Source: an uncultured Bacteroidales bacterium
Lineage (GTDB): Bacteria; Bacteroidota; Bacteroidia; Bacteroidales; Paludibacteraceae
Length of the DNA: 64,000 nucleotides
Assembly (NCBI GenBank): GCA_900320865.1
Contig: ONTT01000006.1
Coordinates: 19,285-83,284, forward strand
Direction: 5' to 3'
Shown here: positions 7,865 through 16,123 of the stretch, piece after piece
Numbering within the stretch: position 1 is the stretch's first letter
Layout of the letters: every line of letters begins with the position of its first letter
Notes under the pieces: model-generated
What the model saw: only the letters and a program-made list of their open reading frames with translations
Databases searched by the model: none
What the model was told of the DNA's origin: nothing
Translations under genes and position numbers: made by a program

Positions 7865-8095
7865 TTATGCCTTAGCGGCAGGTTGATCTTTTTCAGCGAC
7901 TTTGGTAGCGGCTTCCACCTCTTGCTTCATCTTCTCGCAGCACTCCTGAACCTTGTCCTTTGCCTGCGAAGCAAGGTTGCGCAATTCGCCCCGCACTTCT
8001 TTTCCGGAATCCGACATGAGCCACATAGCTCCTGCAGCTCCTACGGCTACGCCTGCTGTAAACAGCACCGCGCCTCTGATCAATTTTTCAAACAT
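7865..8095 (-). CDS. YtxH domain protein
   Basis: 76 aa with an N-terminal TM (AVLFTAGVAVGAAGAMW) followed by a charged helix SGKEVRGELRNLASQAKDKVQE. Confidence 0.65.
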   Translation of the reverse strand: MFEKLIRGAVLFTAGVAVGAAGAMWLMSDSGKEVRGELRNLASQAKDKVQECCEKMKQEVEAATKVAEKDQPAAKA

Positions 8096-8179
8096 AATGA
8101 ATAGATATTTAGTTTTAAAAAAATATGTACAAAAAGCAATTTTCTTACTAAAAAATTTGTGTATTTCAGAAAAAAGCAG

Positions 8180-8187
8180 TACCTTTG
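8180..8187 (+). promoter_or_regulatory. -7 box TACCTTTG upstream of tRNA-Ala(CGC)
   Basis: TAnnTTTG match 16 nt upstream of the mature tRNA. Confidence 0.6.
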
Positions 8188-8202
8188 CAGCCGATTTTCA
8201 AA

Positions 8203-8275
8203 GGGGTACTAGCTCATCTGGTAGAGCGTAACGTTCGCATCGTTAAGGTAAGGGGTTCGAGTCCCCTGTGCTCCA
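8203..8275 (+). tRNA. tRNA-Ala (CGC)
   Basis: GGGGTACTAGCTCATCTGGTAGAGCGTAACGTTCGCATCGTTAAGGTAAGGGGTTCGAGTCCCCTGTGCTCCA. G3:U70, anticodon loop TTCGCAT. Confidence 0.9.
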
Positions 8276-8280
8276 CTTTC

Positions 8281-8302
8281 TCGAGTCCCCTGTGCTCCAC
8301 TT
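8281..8302 (+). repeat. Duplicate of the tRNA-Ala(CGC) 3-prime end (22 nt identical to 8257-8278)
   Basis: TCGAGTCCCCTGTGCTCCACTT occurs at 8257-8278 and at 8281-8302 (tandem, period 24). Confidence 0.9.
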
Positions 8303-8304
8303 AA

Positions 8305-8358
8305 AACAAACGTCCATCCGGGCGTTTTTTTTAGTAACAAACGTCCATCCGGGCGTTT
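8305..8358. repeat. Tandem duplication (period 31) of a 23-nt terminator hairpin unit
   Basis: AACAAACGTCCATCCGGGCGTTT occurs at 8305-8327 and 8336-8358. Confidence 0.9.
8308..8332 (+). terminator. Terminator after tRNA-Ala(CGC)
   Basis: 8-bp stem AAACGTCC/GGGCGTTT, loop ATCC, T8 run. Confidence 0.75.
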
Positions 8359-8364
8359 GTTTGT

Positions 8365-9378
8365 TTATAAGCTCTTGATGTATTTATCTGCCTCAATCGC
8401 TGCTTTCGCGCCACTACCCGCTGCTACAATAGCTTGACGGTAATGCGGGTCAGCACAGTCTCCGGCCGCAAAGACACCAGGGAGGATTGGTGATTGGTTA
8501 TTGGTCATTGATGATTGGTAGCACTGTGTGCTATTATCATGCGTGATGATATACCCTTCTGCATCACGAGCGATGTAATCCTTGAAGAGTTCGGTATTGG
8601 GATGGTGACCGATAGCCAGGAAAAAACCGTCAATCTCAATATGCTTCACTGCCTCATCAGGTTCGCCTTTGCGATAGATCAGATCAGCACCTTGCACCTT
8701 GCCTTCTCCCGTCAGCTGGAGGGTATTATGCTCAAAGAGCACCTCTATCTTCGGGTTATTCAGCACGCGTTGCTGCATGATCTCCGAGGCACGCAGATAG
8801 GGTTTGCGCACGATCATATATACTTTCTCGCACAAGCCGGCTAAGTAATTCGCTTCCTCGCAGGCTGTATCACCTCCACCTACTACGGCAACCGTCTTCT
8901 TGCGATAGAAGAAACCGTCGCAGGTAGCACAGGCACTCACGCCGCGACCGCGATAGGTGCGCTCGGATTCGATACCCAGGTATTTGGCCGATGCACCGGT
9001 GGCGATGATGACCGCGTCTGCTTCGTAGAGGTCCGTATCTTCCACCCAGACTTTATGGGTTACGGGAGACGGGTTACCGGTTACGGGAGACGGGTTACCG
9101 GTTACGGGAGCGGCAAACTCTACTTTGGTGACGATACCGGAGACGAACTGCGTACCGAAGCGCTCTGCCTGACGACGCAGATCATCCATCATCGTGAAGG
9201 GTTCTACGCCGTCGGGATAGCCCGGGAAATTCTCCACTTCGGTGGTAGTGGTCAACTGGCCGCCTAACTGCGGTCCTTCGATCAGCACCGGTGCCAGATT
9301 CGCACGCGATGCATAGATAGCAGCGGTATACCCGGCCGGGCCGCTACCAATAATCAAACATTTTACTTTATTTTCCAT
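8365..9378 (-). CDS. trxB: Thioredoxin-disulfide reductase carrying two repeat-encoded insertions
   Basis: GSGPAGYTAAIYA (FAD), ACATCDG redox centre, VVGGGDTA (NADPH), PGVFAAGD. Extra segments PVTGNPSPVTGNPSPVT and YQSSMTNNQSPI. Confidence 0.92.
   Translation of the reverse strand: MENKVKCLIIGSGPAGYTAAIYASRANLAPVLIEGPQLGGQLTTTTEVENFPGYPDGVEPFTMMDDLRRQAERFGTQFVSGIVTKVEFAAPVTGNPSPVTGNPSPVTHKVWVEDTDLYEADAVIIATGASAKYLGIESERTYRGRGVSACATCDGFFYRKKTVAVVGGGDTACEEANYLAGLCEKVYMIVRKPYLRASEIMQQRVLNNPKIEVLFEHNTLQLTGEGKVQGADLIYRKGEPDEAVKHIEIDGFFLAIGHHPNTELFKDYIARDAEGYIITHDNSTQCYQSSMTNNQSPILPGVFAAGDCADPHYRQAIVAAGSGAKAAIEADKYIKSL
8485..8519. repeat. Heptamer array (NATTGGT)x5 inside trxB
   Basis: GATTGGT GATTGGT TATTGGT CATTGAT GATTGGT; encodes SSMTNNQSPI just before PGVFAAGD. 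Confidence 0.9.
9058..9113. repeat. Heptamer-based 21-bp tandem repeat (GGTTACG GGAGACG GGTTACC)x2.7 inside trxB
   Basis: Encodes PVTGNPSPVTGNPSPVT. Confidence 0.95.
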
Positions 9379-9383
9379 CTTCT

Positions 9384-9947
9384 CTAAAATCTCAAATCAT
9401 TCACAAACGTCGTCTCTTCCGGCTCCAACACATACTTCGGTTCGGTTGTGATAAACGACGGCCCCATCAAAGTCAGCGTGGATGTCTTCGTTCCTTCGCG
9501 CACCTCTACCTGCAGCGGCAGTAAGGTACCGTTCTGCACTTTGAGCACAAATCGATTAATACCCAGCGTCTCTTCGCGCGGCACCAAGGTGATGATGGTC
9601 TGTTTGCCGTCACTCGATGCACGTTCGGTCACTTCGCATTGTTGGGCCATCTCCAGTGCAAAAAGGAACGGGTTGGACTCTATCAACTCCCGATCGGTCG
9701 GCGAAGTGAGGTTCAACTCATCGGTCTCCGCCGAATACATATACATCGTCTGTCCGTCAAAAGCCGCCTCTATCGAACCCATCGAAAGGCGGAACTGTTT
9801 GCCCTTCATTGTGATGGAGCCCGGATAGTTCATAGGCGCATCGGCGGTCTCAGCCACCGTTGCTACAAAGTCCGCCTTCAAAGTCTTCTGCTCCAACGAA
9901 GTCAGAAACGAACTCAATACAGATAATATTACTAAAAGTCCTTTCAC
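9384..9947 (-). CDS. lolA: LolA-like outer-membrane lipoprotein carrier
   Basis: Signal peptide, LKADFVATV...GSITMKGKQFRL...FDGQTMYMYSAETDEL. Conserved position between ftsK and trxB. Confidence 0.7.
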   Translation of the reverse strand: MKGLLVILSVLSSFLTSLEQKTLKADFVATVAETADAPMNYPGSITMKGKQFRLSMGSIEAAFDGQTMYMYSAETDELNLTSPTDRELIESNPFLFALEMAQQCEVTERASSDGKQTIITLVPREETLGINRFVLKVQNGTLLPLQVEVREGTKTSTLTLMGPSFITTEPKYVLEPEETTFVNDLRF

Positions 9948-9950
9948 CTC

Positions 9951-9978
9951 TAAACTTTAAACTTTAAACTTTACTTCA
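9951..9978. repeat. Heptamer array (TAAACTT)x4 in the ftsK-lolA spacer
   Basis: Lies between the lolA ATG (9945-9947) and the ftsK stop (9971-9973), and covers that stop. Confidence 0.9.
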
Positions 9979-12619
9979 CTCCCAGCTCTTCGAGCAGTTT
10001 ATCCAGTTGATCCAGGTCCTGAATCAAGACGTCTCGTCCCTTCGGTCCTTTGTTCGGTCCCACGATACCGGCGGCTTCGAGTTGGTCACTTAACTTACCG
10101 GCGCGGTTATAACCGATTTCGAACGCACGTTGCAGACGCGAGGTCGAACCCTCTTGTTTGGTTACTACGTAACGGGCCACATCCGCAAACATCGGATCGA
10201 GACGTTTCATATCTACGCTACCCGGTGCGAGTGCCTCGCCTTCCCCGCCTTCACCTACATACTCCGGTAACTGATACGGTTCGGAGTAACGCTGCTGTTT
10301 GGCTATATGTTTGACGATCTCATCCACCTCGGGTGTATCGACGAACGCGCACTGCACACGGGTGATGCTGGCATTCCCGGCATACAACGAGTCTCCGCGA
10401 CCGATCAACTGCTCTGCCCCTTTGGCATCCAGCACTGTACGGCTGTCGATCACACTCTGCGTACGCAGCGCGATTCGCGTCGGGATATTGGCCTTAATGA
10501 CACCTGTCACGATGTTGACGGACGGACGTTGGGTAGCCAAGATCATATGCATTCCTACCGCACGGGCTTTCTGGGTGATACGCGCAATAGGCGTCTCCAC
10601 CTGTTTGCCGGCCTGCATGATGAAATCGCCGTACTCATCGATGATGATGACGATATAAGGCAGATATTGGTGATGCAGGCTGTCAGCCACTAACTTATGC
10701 GGGTTCAGGCGACGTTTGACGAACTTGTCGTTATAGTCCTCCAAGTTACGCACGCCGGCATCCATCAGCAGTTTGTAGCGGTTCTCCATCTCGATGACGA
10801 GGGAGTTGAGCGTATTGATGACGCGGTCGCAGTCGGTGATGACGATCTGCTCCGGATCGGTGTCCGGCATCGCCGCCAAGTAATGTTTCAACAGCGGTTT
10901 ATACGGCGCGAACTCCACCATCTTCGGGTCCACCATCACCAGTTTCAACTCCGCCGGGTGCTTCTTATAGAGCAGCGACGTGATGATGGCGTTGATGGCA
11001 ACGGACTTACCCGTTCCCGTAGCACCGGCTACCAGCAAGTGCGGCGTCTTGGCGAGGTCGAACATAAAGACCTCATTCGTGATGGTTCGGCCGTAGGCGA
11101 TCGGCAGACGCATCTTCTGCTCCTCCTGGAAACGCTTGGACGCGATCACCGAGTGCATGGAAACGACCTGAGGTTTCTCGTTCGGCACTTCAATACCGAT
11201 GGTACCTTTACCCGGCATCGGGGCAATGATACGAATACCCGTAGCACTCAGGCTCATCATAATATCGTTCTCCAGCACCTGGATCTTCGCCACGCGGATA
11301 CCTGCTTTCGGTACTATTTCATAGAGCGTTACGGTCGGACCGACCGTTGCTTTGATACTATCAATTTCTATGCCATAGTTGCGCAGGGTCGTTACAATTC
11401 GTGCTCCGTTCGCGCGCTGCTCCTCTTCGTTAATCACCGGCGCCGCCTCGTTGTCGTACACTTTGAGCAAATTCAGACTCGGGAACTTAAAGAACTCCAG
11501 GTCTTTGCGGGGATCGTACGGACCGAGTTTCGCCAACAGCGCATCGGGATCCTTAGTGTATAACTCATCTTCGTTCACATCCTCGATCTCCAGTTCCGGT
11601 TCTTTCTTCGTTCTTTTCTTTCCGCTCTCAGCTTTGGTCTCTTGACTCTTCTCTTTCTCCAGCAGGTCAGCCAGCGTACCGTCGGTCGGACCGCCATCAT
11701 CGGGCAGCGGTTCCTCTTCCGGTTCTTCCCCTTCTTCCTCGACGGACTCGTCCGACTCCTCTTCGCTCACCGGCTCAATGGTAAAGGTCACTTTGTCCTC
11801 ATCTCCTTCCGTTTTCGGTTTTTCTTCGGTCTCCTCGTCTACCAACGGAATATCGATCGTCACTTCATCATTCTCATCATTCTCATCATTCTCATCATTC
11901 TCACCATTCTCACCATTCTCACCATTCTCCGCCACTTTCGGTTTTTTCTTAAACAAACCGACGAACCAGAAGCCAAAGGCTTTGCAGCGATCGATGAACT
12001 TCGGATCGGTAACAATAAGGAAGATCACCAGTACGGCCGCTAAGATCAATACCATGCCGGTGATGTGTACATAACTCTCCATCTTCAGGGCTGCTGCATC
12101 GCCGAAACGACCGCCCCATCGGAAGGCGCCGATATGGGCCAGTTGCTGAATGAAACCCAGCACGATGGAACCCCAAAGCACCCAGAAAGCCGTGGTGCAG
12201 AAGATCTTAATGGCCTTGATGTCTTTTAATACATGCATAATACGCAAAGCGTACGTACCACACATCAGCACCAGCAGAATAGAGACAAAACCGAATGAAC
12301 CGTCAATGAGAAAACGCGCCAGGCGAGCACCCGGAAGACCCAATATATTACGAATCTCATGGCGATTCGCCACTTGGTCCGCATAGGCCTGCGAAAGCAC
12401 CGACTGATCGGCCGTGCCCGTGAACAGGAAACTCACGTACGCCAACAGCGCGATCACCGAGAACAACAGCAACAGCACACCGAGAATCATTCGCGTCTCG
12501 CGTGCCATCGCATAGTGCTTCAGCGTCATCCACCAACTCTCCTTCTCCACACGGATAGAGCGTTCTGCACTACGCTCATCGATGTCATTATTTTTTAACT
12601 TTGATACGGTTCGGGGCAT
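9971..12619 (-). CDS. ftsK: DNA translocase FtsK/SpoIIIE
   Basis: N-terminal TM domain, acidic linker, motor with Walker A GATGTGKS, C-terminal gamma winged helix (STSRLQRAFEIGYNRAGKL). Confidence 0.95.
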   Translation of the reverse strand: MPRTVSKLKNNDIDERSAERSIRVEKESWWMTLKHYAMARETRMILGVLLLLFSVIALLAYVSFLFTGTADQSVLSQAYADQVANRHEIRNILGLPGARLARFLIDGSFGFVSILLVLMCGTYALRIMHVLKDIKAIKIFCTTAFWVLWGSIVLGFIQQLAHIGAFRWGGRFGDAAALKMESYVHITGMVLILAAVLVIFLIVTDPKFIDRCKAFGFWFVGLFKKKPKVAENGENGENGENDENDENDENDEVTIDIPLVDEETEEKPKTEGDEDKVTFTIEPVSEEESDESVEEEGEEPEEEPLPDDGGPTDGTLADLLEKEKSQETKAESGKKRTKKEPELEIEDVNEDELYTKDPDALLAKLGPYDPRKDLEFFKFPSLNLLKVYDNEAAPVINEEEQRANGARIVTTLRNYGIEIDSIKATVGPTVTLYEIVPKAGIRVAKIQVLENDIMMSLSATGIRIIAPMPGKGTIGIEVPNEKPQVVSMHSVIASKRFQEEQKMRLPIAYGRTITNEVFMFDLAKTPHLLVAGATGTGKSVAINAIITSLLYKKHPAELKLVMVDPKMVEFAPYKPLLKHYLAAMPDTDPEQIVITDCDRVINTLNSLVIEMENRYKLLMDAGVRNLEDYNDKFVKRRLNPHKLVADSLHHQYLPYIVIIIDEYGDFIMQAGKQVETPIARITQKARAVGMHMILATQRPSVNIVTGVIKANIPTRIALRTQSVIDSRTVLDAKGAEQLIGRGDSLYAGNASITRVQCAFVDTPEVDEIVKHIAKQQRYSEPYQLPEYVGEGGEGEALAPGSVDMKRLDPMFADVARYVVTKQEGSTSRLQRAFEIGYNRAGKLSDQLEAAGIVGPNKGPKGRDVLIQDLDQLDKLLEELGVK
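11867..11929. repeat. 9-bp tandem repeat x7 in the ftsK linker
   Basis: ATCATTCTC x4 then ACCATTCTC x3; encodes ENGENGENGENDENDENDE. Confidence 0.95.
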
Positions 12620-12639
12620 ATTATCACAAATTTAGCATG

Positions 12640-12647
12640 CAAAAGTA
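12640..12647 (-). promoter_or_regulatory. -7 box (TACTTTTG on the minus strand) for ftsK
   Basis: TAnnTTTG match 21 nt upstream of ATG 12619. Confidence 0.55.
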
Positions 12648-12653
12648 CAATAA

Positions 12654-12682
12654 AAAGTTGAAAGTTGAAAGTTGAAAGTTGA
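12654..12682. repeat. Heptamer array (AAAGTTG)x4 in the divergent ftsK/rseC region
   Basis: Read directly; lies just upstream of the ftsK -7 box. Confidence 0.9.
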
Positions 12683-12762
12683 TTTTTTTGTGTTTTTCTT
12701 TAAAAAGCCTACTTTTTTTATAAAAATGTTCGCGCGCACTTGCGTATATAAAAAACTTTTCG

Positions 12763-12770
12763 TACCTTTG
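12763..12770 (+). promoter_or_regulatory. -7 box TACCTTTG for the rseC-rnf operon
   Basis: TAnnTTTG match 18 nt upstream of ATG 12788. Confidence 0.6.
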
Positions 12771-12787
12771 CACGCTTTTTTTGGGCT

Positions 12788-13201
12788 ATGGAGGAATTAA
12801 TCAGACATGAAGGAATCGTGCTGAGCACGGAGGGCAAGATGGCGCACATTGTTATTTTGCAGACCAGTGCATGTGCGGCATGCAAGGCGAAAAGTATGTG
12901 TATGTCCTCTGAAAGTCAGCAAAAAGAGATGGACGCATTTATGCTGGAGCCGATGAACGCAGGTGACCGCGTGGAAGTGGAGGTAAGGGAGCAATTGGCA
13001 TGGAAGGCTGTGTTATTGGCGTACATCGTTCCGTTCCTGGTGATGATTGCGGTGATAACGATCCTGGATATCGCTACTGCGCTGGATGAAGCGGTTGTCG
13101 GTTCTATCTCGCTGGCCTCCATGGCATTGTATTTCCTGGTGTTGCGTCTCTTCCGCTCGAAGCTGCAGAAGCAGTTCAGCTTCACCGCCCGCAAACTGTA
13201 A
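12788..13201 (+). CDS. rseC: RseC/MucC-family (SoxR-reducing system) protein at the head of the rnf operon
   Basis: GIVLSTEGKMAHIVILQTSACAACKAKSMC followed by two TM helices. Precedes rnfB. Confidence 0.75.
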   Translation: MEELIRHEGIVLSTEGKMAHIVILQTSACAACKAKSMCMSSESQQKEMDAFMLEPMNAGDRVEVEVREQLAWKAVLLAYIVPFLVMIAVITILDIATALDEAVVGSISLASMALYFLVLRLFRSKLQKQFSFTARKL

Positions 13202-13233
13202 AAAACGCAAAATCTAAAAATTATCAATAGTAT

Positions 13234-13665
13234 ATGGAACTGATTCTTATTTCCATGGGAGTTTTGGGAGTGACGGGTTTTGTAGCCGCCGTGCTGCTTT
13301 ACGTCGTCAGCCAACTCTTCAAAGTAGAGGAAGATCCCCGTATTGACCTGGTGCAGGCCGTTTTGCCCGGTGCGAACTGTGGCGGTTGCGGTTTTGCCGG
13401 CTGCCGTAATTTCGCGGAGGCATGTGTCAAAGCGGGAGGTATTGAAGGGCTGTCTTGCCCTGTAGGAGGTGAACCCACGATGGATGAGGTAAAACGCATC
13501 CTCACCCCGAGTGATGACAAATTGCCCTCTTCGGCGGAGGCCGCTTCTCCCGATAAGCGGGAGACCGCTCCGGGCTTCGACCCGGTGATCGCTGCGAAGA
13601 TCAAAGCGCTCGCTACACCGAGAGCCGTGTTCCCCAACTTAGTCGCGTTGGCGCAGAAGAAATGA
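13234..13665 (+). CDS. rnfB: RnfB-like subunit, short form (N-terminal TM plus one Cys-rich Fe-S domain; no ferredoxin-type 4Fe-4S domains)
   Basis: LPGANCGGCGFAGCRNFAEACV...LSCPVGG is the RnfB N-terminal Fe-S motif. The ORF stops at 13665 and rnfC starts at 13704. Confidence 0.75.
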   Translation: MELILISMGVLGVTGFVAAVLLYVVSQLFKVEEDPRIDLVQAVLPGANCGGCGFAGCRNFAEACVKAGGIEGLSCPVGGEPTMDEVKRILTPSDDKLPSSAEAASPDKRETAPGFDPVIAAKIKALATPRAVFPNLVALAQKK

Positions 13666-13667
13666 AC

Positions 13668-13696
13668 AAATGTTAAATGTGTAAATGTTAAAATGA
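13668..13696. repeat. Imperfect 7-8 bp array (AAATGTN)x4 in the rnfB-rnfC spacer
   Basis: Starts 3 nt after the rnfB stop and ends 8 nt before the rnfC ATG. Confidence 0.7.
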
Positions 13697-13703
13697 AGAA
13701 ATA

Positions 13704-15059
13704 ATGAGGACATTTCATATCGGCGGTGTTCATCCGCGTGATAACAAACAATTCTCCGCGCTGCAACGCATCACGGAGTGCCCGCTGCCCAAGCAGGCGA
13801 TCATTCCGCTTGTGCAGCATATCGGTGCTCCGACGCAACCTGTTGTAGAAGCAGGAGCGAAAGTGAAAGTAGGCCAACTGCTGGCAAAAGCCGGTGGTTT
13901 CGTGAGCGCGAACATCTGTTCGCCGGTCAGCGGTACGGTCACCAAGATCGGTGAGTGGAAAGACGCATGGGGTGCACCCGGTCAGGCCATTTATATCGAC
14001 GTAGAAGGCGATGAATGGTTGCCGGAGATCGACCGCTCCGACAAACTCGAGAACCAGTGTACACTGGAGCCGAAAGCCATCATCGACAAGATCGCCGCAG
14101 CCGGCATCGTAGGTCTGGGAGGTGCTTGTTTCCCGACGCACGTCAAACTGCTGCCGCCTCCGGGAAAGAAGGCCGAAGTGCTCATCGTCAACGGCGTAGA
14201 ATGCGAACCGTATCTGACCTGCGACCATCAGTTGATGCTGGAGCACGGCGAAGAGATCATCGTCGGCATCAAGATATTGATGAAGGCCCTGCAAGTGGAC
14301 CGCGCTATCATCGGTATTGAGAATAACAAACCCGAAGCCATCGAGCATATGACGAAGTTGGCGAACGCCCAATTAGGTATCGAGGTAATGCCGCTTAAGT
14401 TGCGTTATCCGCAGGGCGGTGAGAAACAGCTCATCGACGCCTGCATCGGTCGTCAAGTGCCGAGCGGTGCGCTACCGATTGAGGTAGGCGCCGTAGTAGA
14501 TAACGTAGCTACGATCTTCGCTATCTACGAGGCCGTACAGAAGAACAAACCGCTCATCAGCCGCGTGATGACCGTCACCGGTAAGAACGTAGCGAAACCG
14601 GGTAACTATTCCGTTCGTTTCGGTACACCGATCGAGCAAGTGATCGAGTTCGCAGGCGGTATCCCGATGAACACGGGTAAGATCATCGGCGGCGGTCCGA
14701 TGATGGGTCGCGCGATGGATCATATAGAAGATATGCCGGCTTATAAACGCCTCAGCGGACTGCTCTTCTTGGATGCCGCCGAGTGCGAGCGCGCAGAAGA
14801 AGAGAACTGTATCCGCTGCGGTAAGTGTGTGCAGGCTTGTCCGATGGGACTCGAGCCGTATCTGCTGAGCCGCTTGCAGGAACTGGAGATGTGGGATGAG
14901 CTCGAGAAGCACGATATTATGGACTGCATCGACTGCGGTTGCTGCGTCTTCACCTGTCCTGCGCATCGTCGTCTGCTCGATCATATCCGTCCGGGTAAAG
15001 CGAAAGTAGGCAGTATCCTCCGCGAACGTGCTGCTGCCGCTGCTGCCGAGAAAAAATAA
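13704..15059 (+). CDS. rnfC: Rnf complex subunit C
   Basis: GIVGLGGACFPTHVK, VNGVECEPYLT, two 4Fe-4S motifs CIRCGKCVQACP and CIDCGCCVFTCP. Confidence 0.95.
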   Translation: MRTFHIGGVHPRDNKQFSALQRITECPLPKQAIIPLVQHIGAPTQPVVEAGAKVKVGQLLAKAGGFVSANICSPVSGTVTKIGEWKDAWGAPGQAIYIDVEGDEWLPEIDRSDKLENQCTLEPKAIIDKIAAAGIVGLGGACFPTHVKLLPPPGKKAEVLIVNGVECEPYLTCDHQLMLEHGEEIIVGIKILMKALQVDRAIIGIENNKPEAIEHMTKLANAQLGIEVMPLKLRYPQGGEKQLIDACIGRQVPSGALPIEVGAVVDNVATIFAIYEAVQKNKPLISRVMTVTGKNVAKPGNYSVRFGTPIEQVIEFAGGIPMNTGKIIGGGPMMGRAMDHIEDMPAYKRLSGLLFLDAAECERAEEENCIRCGKCVQACPMGLEPYLLSRLQELEMWDELEKHDIMDCIDCGCCVFTCPAHRRLLDHIRPGKAKVGSILRERAAAAAAEKK

Positions 15060-15093
15060 ATTACCAATTACAAATCACAAATTACCAATATAA
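15059..15093. repeat. Heptamer array (AATTACC-like)x5 in the rnfC-rnfD spacer
   Basis: AATTACC AATTACA AATCACA AATTACC AATATAA; fills the whole spacer up to the rnfD ATG at 15095. Confidence 0.9.
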
Positions 15094-15094
15094 A

Positions 15095-16111
15095 ATGTCA
15101 AATTTTATTACAACTCCGGCTCCGCACGTCCATAGTGGCGATAGTGTCCGCCGGAATATGCTCTTGGTCATTTTGGCGCTGATGCCCGCGTATGTGGTAT
15201 CGGTGCTGGAATTCGGCATCGGAGCACTCATCACAGCCGCTGTCAGTGTAGCGGCCTGCGTGCTCATCGAGTGGCTCATCAGCCGTTTCCTGCTGAAGGA
15301 GAGCGGTAAATCGATCGGAGACCTCTCGGCCGCACTTACCGGTTTGTTGCTGGCTTTCAACCTGCCGTCGAACATCGACTGGTGGATCGTCGTGTTAGGT
15401 GCACTCATAGCAATCGGCGTAGGCAAAATGAGTTTCGGCGGATTGGGCCAGAACCCCTTCAACCCCGCTCTCGTGGGACGTGTGTTCCTGCTCATCTCTT
15501 TCCCGCAGCAAATGACGACCTGGCCGGTTGCGAACGGCTTCGAGACGAGTTATGTAGACGCCCAAACGGGTGCCACCCCGCTCTATTACCTCAAGCACTT
15601 GATCGGTTTGAGTAACGGTTCTGAAGCAGTAGACACCGCGAATGCGCTGCCGAGCCTATGGGATTCGCTGATGGGTGCTATGGGCGGTTCGCTCGGTGAA
15701 GTATGCGCCCTCGCGCTGATCATCGGCGGTATCTTCCTCATCGCTATGCGCGTTATCACTTGGCATATCCCTGTTGCCATCATCGCTACCGTAGCCCTCT
15801 TCGCGGCGTGTGTCAGCTGGTTCGGCGGAGTACCGAACGAAGCAATCTCGACGGGTTCGTTCGTAGCCTACGAACTGCTCACCGGTGGCTTGATGCTCGG
15901 TGCATTCTTTATGGCGACGGACTATGTCACCAGCCCGATGACCGCGTGGGGCAAGATCATCTTCGGTGTCGGCATCGGTATCATTATGATGGTGATTCGT
16001 CTGCTGGGTAACTACCCTGAAGGTATGTCGTTCGCTATCCTGATTATGAACGCGTGCGTTCCATTGTTGAACAAGTTCCGTCCGCAACGGTTCGGAGAAA
16101 AACGTAAATAA
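15095..16111 (+). CDS. rnfD: Rnf complex subunit D
   Basis: Polytopic NqrB/RnfD-like protein; GGLGQNPFNPALVGRVFLL, FFMATDYVTSP. Confidence 0.92.
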   Translation: MSNFITTPAPHVHSGDSVRRNMLLVILALMPAYVVSVLEFGIGALITAAVSVAACVLIEWLISRFLLKESGKSIGDLSAALTGLLLAFNLPSNIDWWIVVLGALIAIGVGKMSFGGLGQNPFNPALVGRVFLLISFPQQMTTWPVANGFETSYVDAQTGATPLYYLKHLIGLSNGSEAVDTANALPSLWDSLMGAMGGSLGEVCALALIIGGIFLIAMRVITWHIPVAIIATVALFAACVSWFGGVPNEAISTGSFVAYELLTGGLMLGAFFMATDYVTSPMTAWGKIIFGVGIGIIMMVIRLLGNYPEGMSFAILIMNACVPLLNKFRPQRFGEKRK

Positions 16112-16123
16112 GGAGGACCGGCT

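Noticed and set aside
7346-8095. A prophage or lysis cassette suggested by the 'phage holin family' similarity
   Set aside because: No endolysin, capsid, tail, integrase or terminase genes are nearby. From memory, the YtxH / holin-like / AI-2E trio is a conserved chromosomal membrane-stress-type cluster in Bacteroidales.
13299-14372. 357-aa minus-strand ORF overlapping rnfB and rnfC
   Set aside because: It is antisense to two genes with unmistakable Rnf motifs. Its product is Arg/Leu/Asp-rich with no recognisable motif, which is typical of a shadow ORF caused by codon bias.
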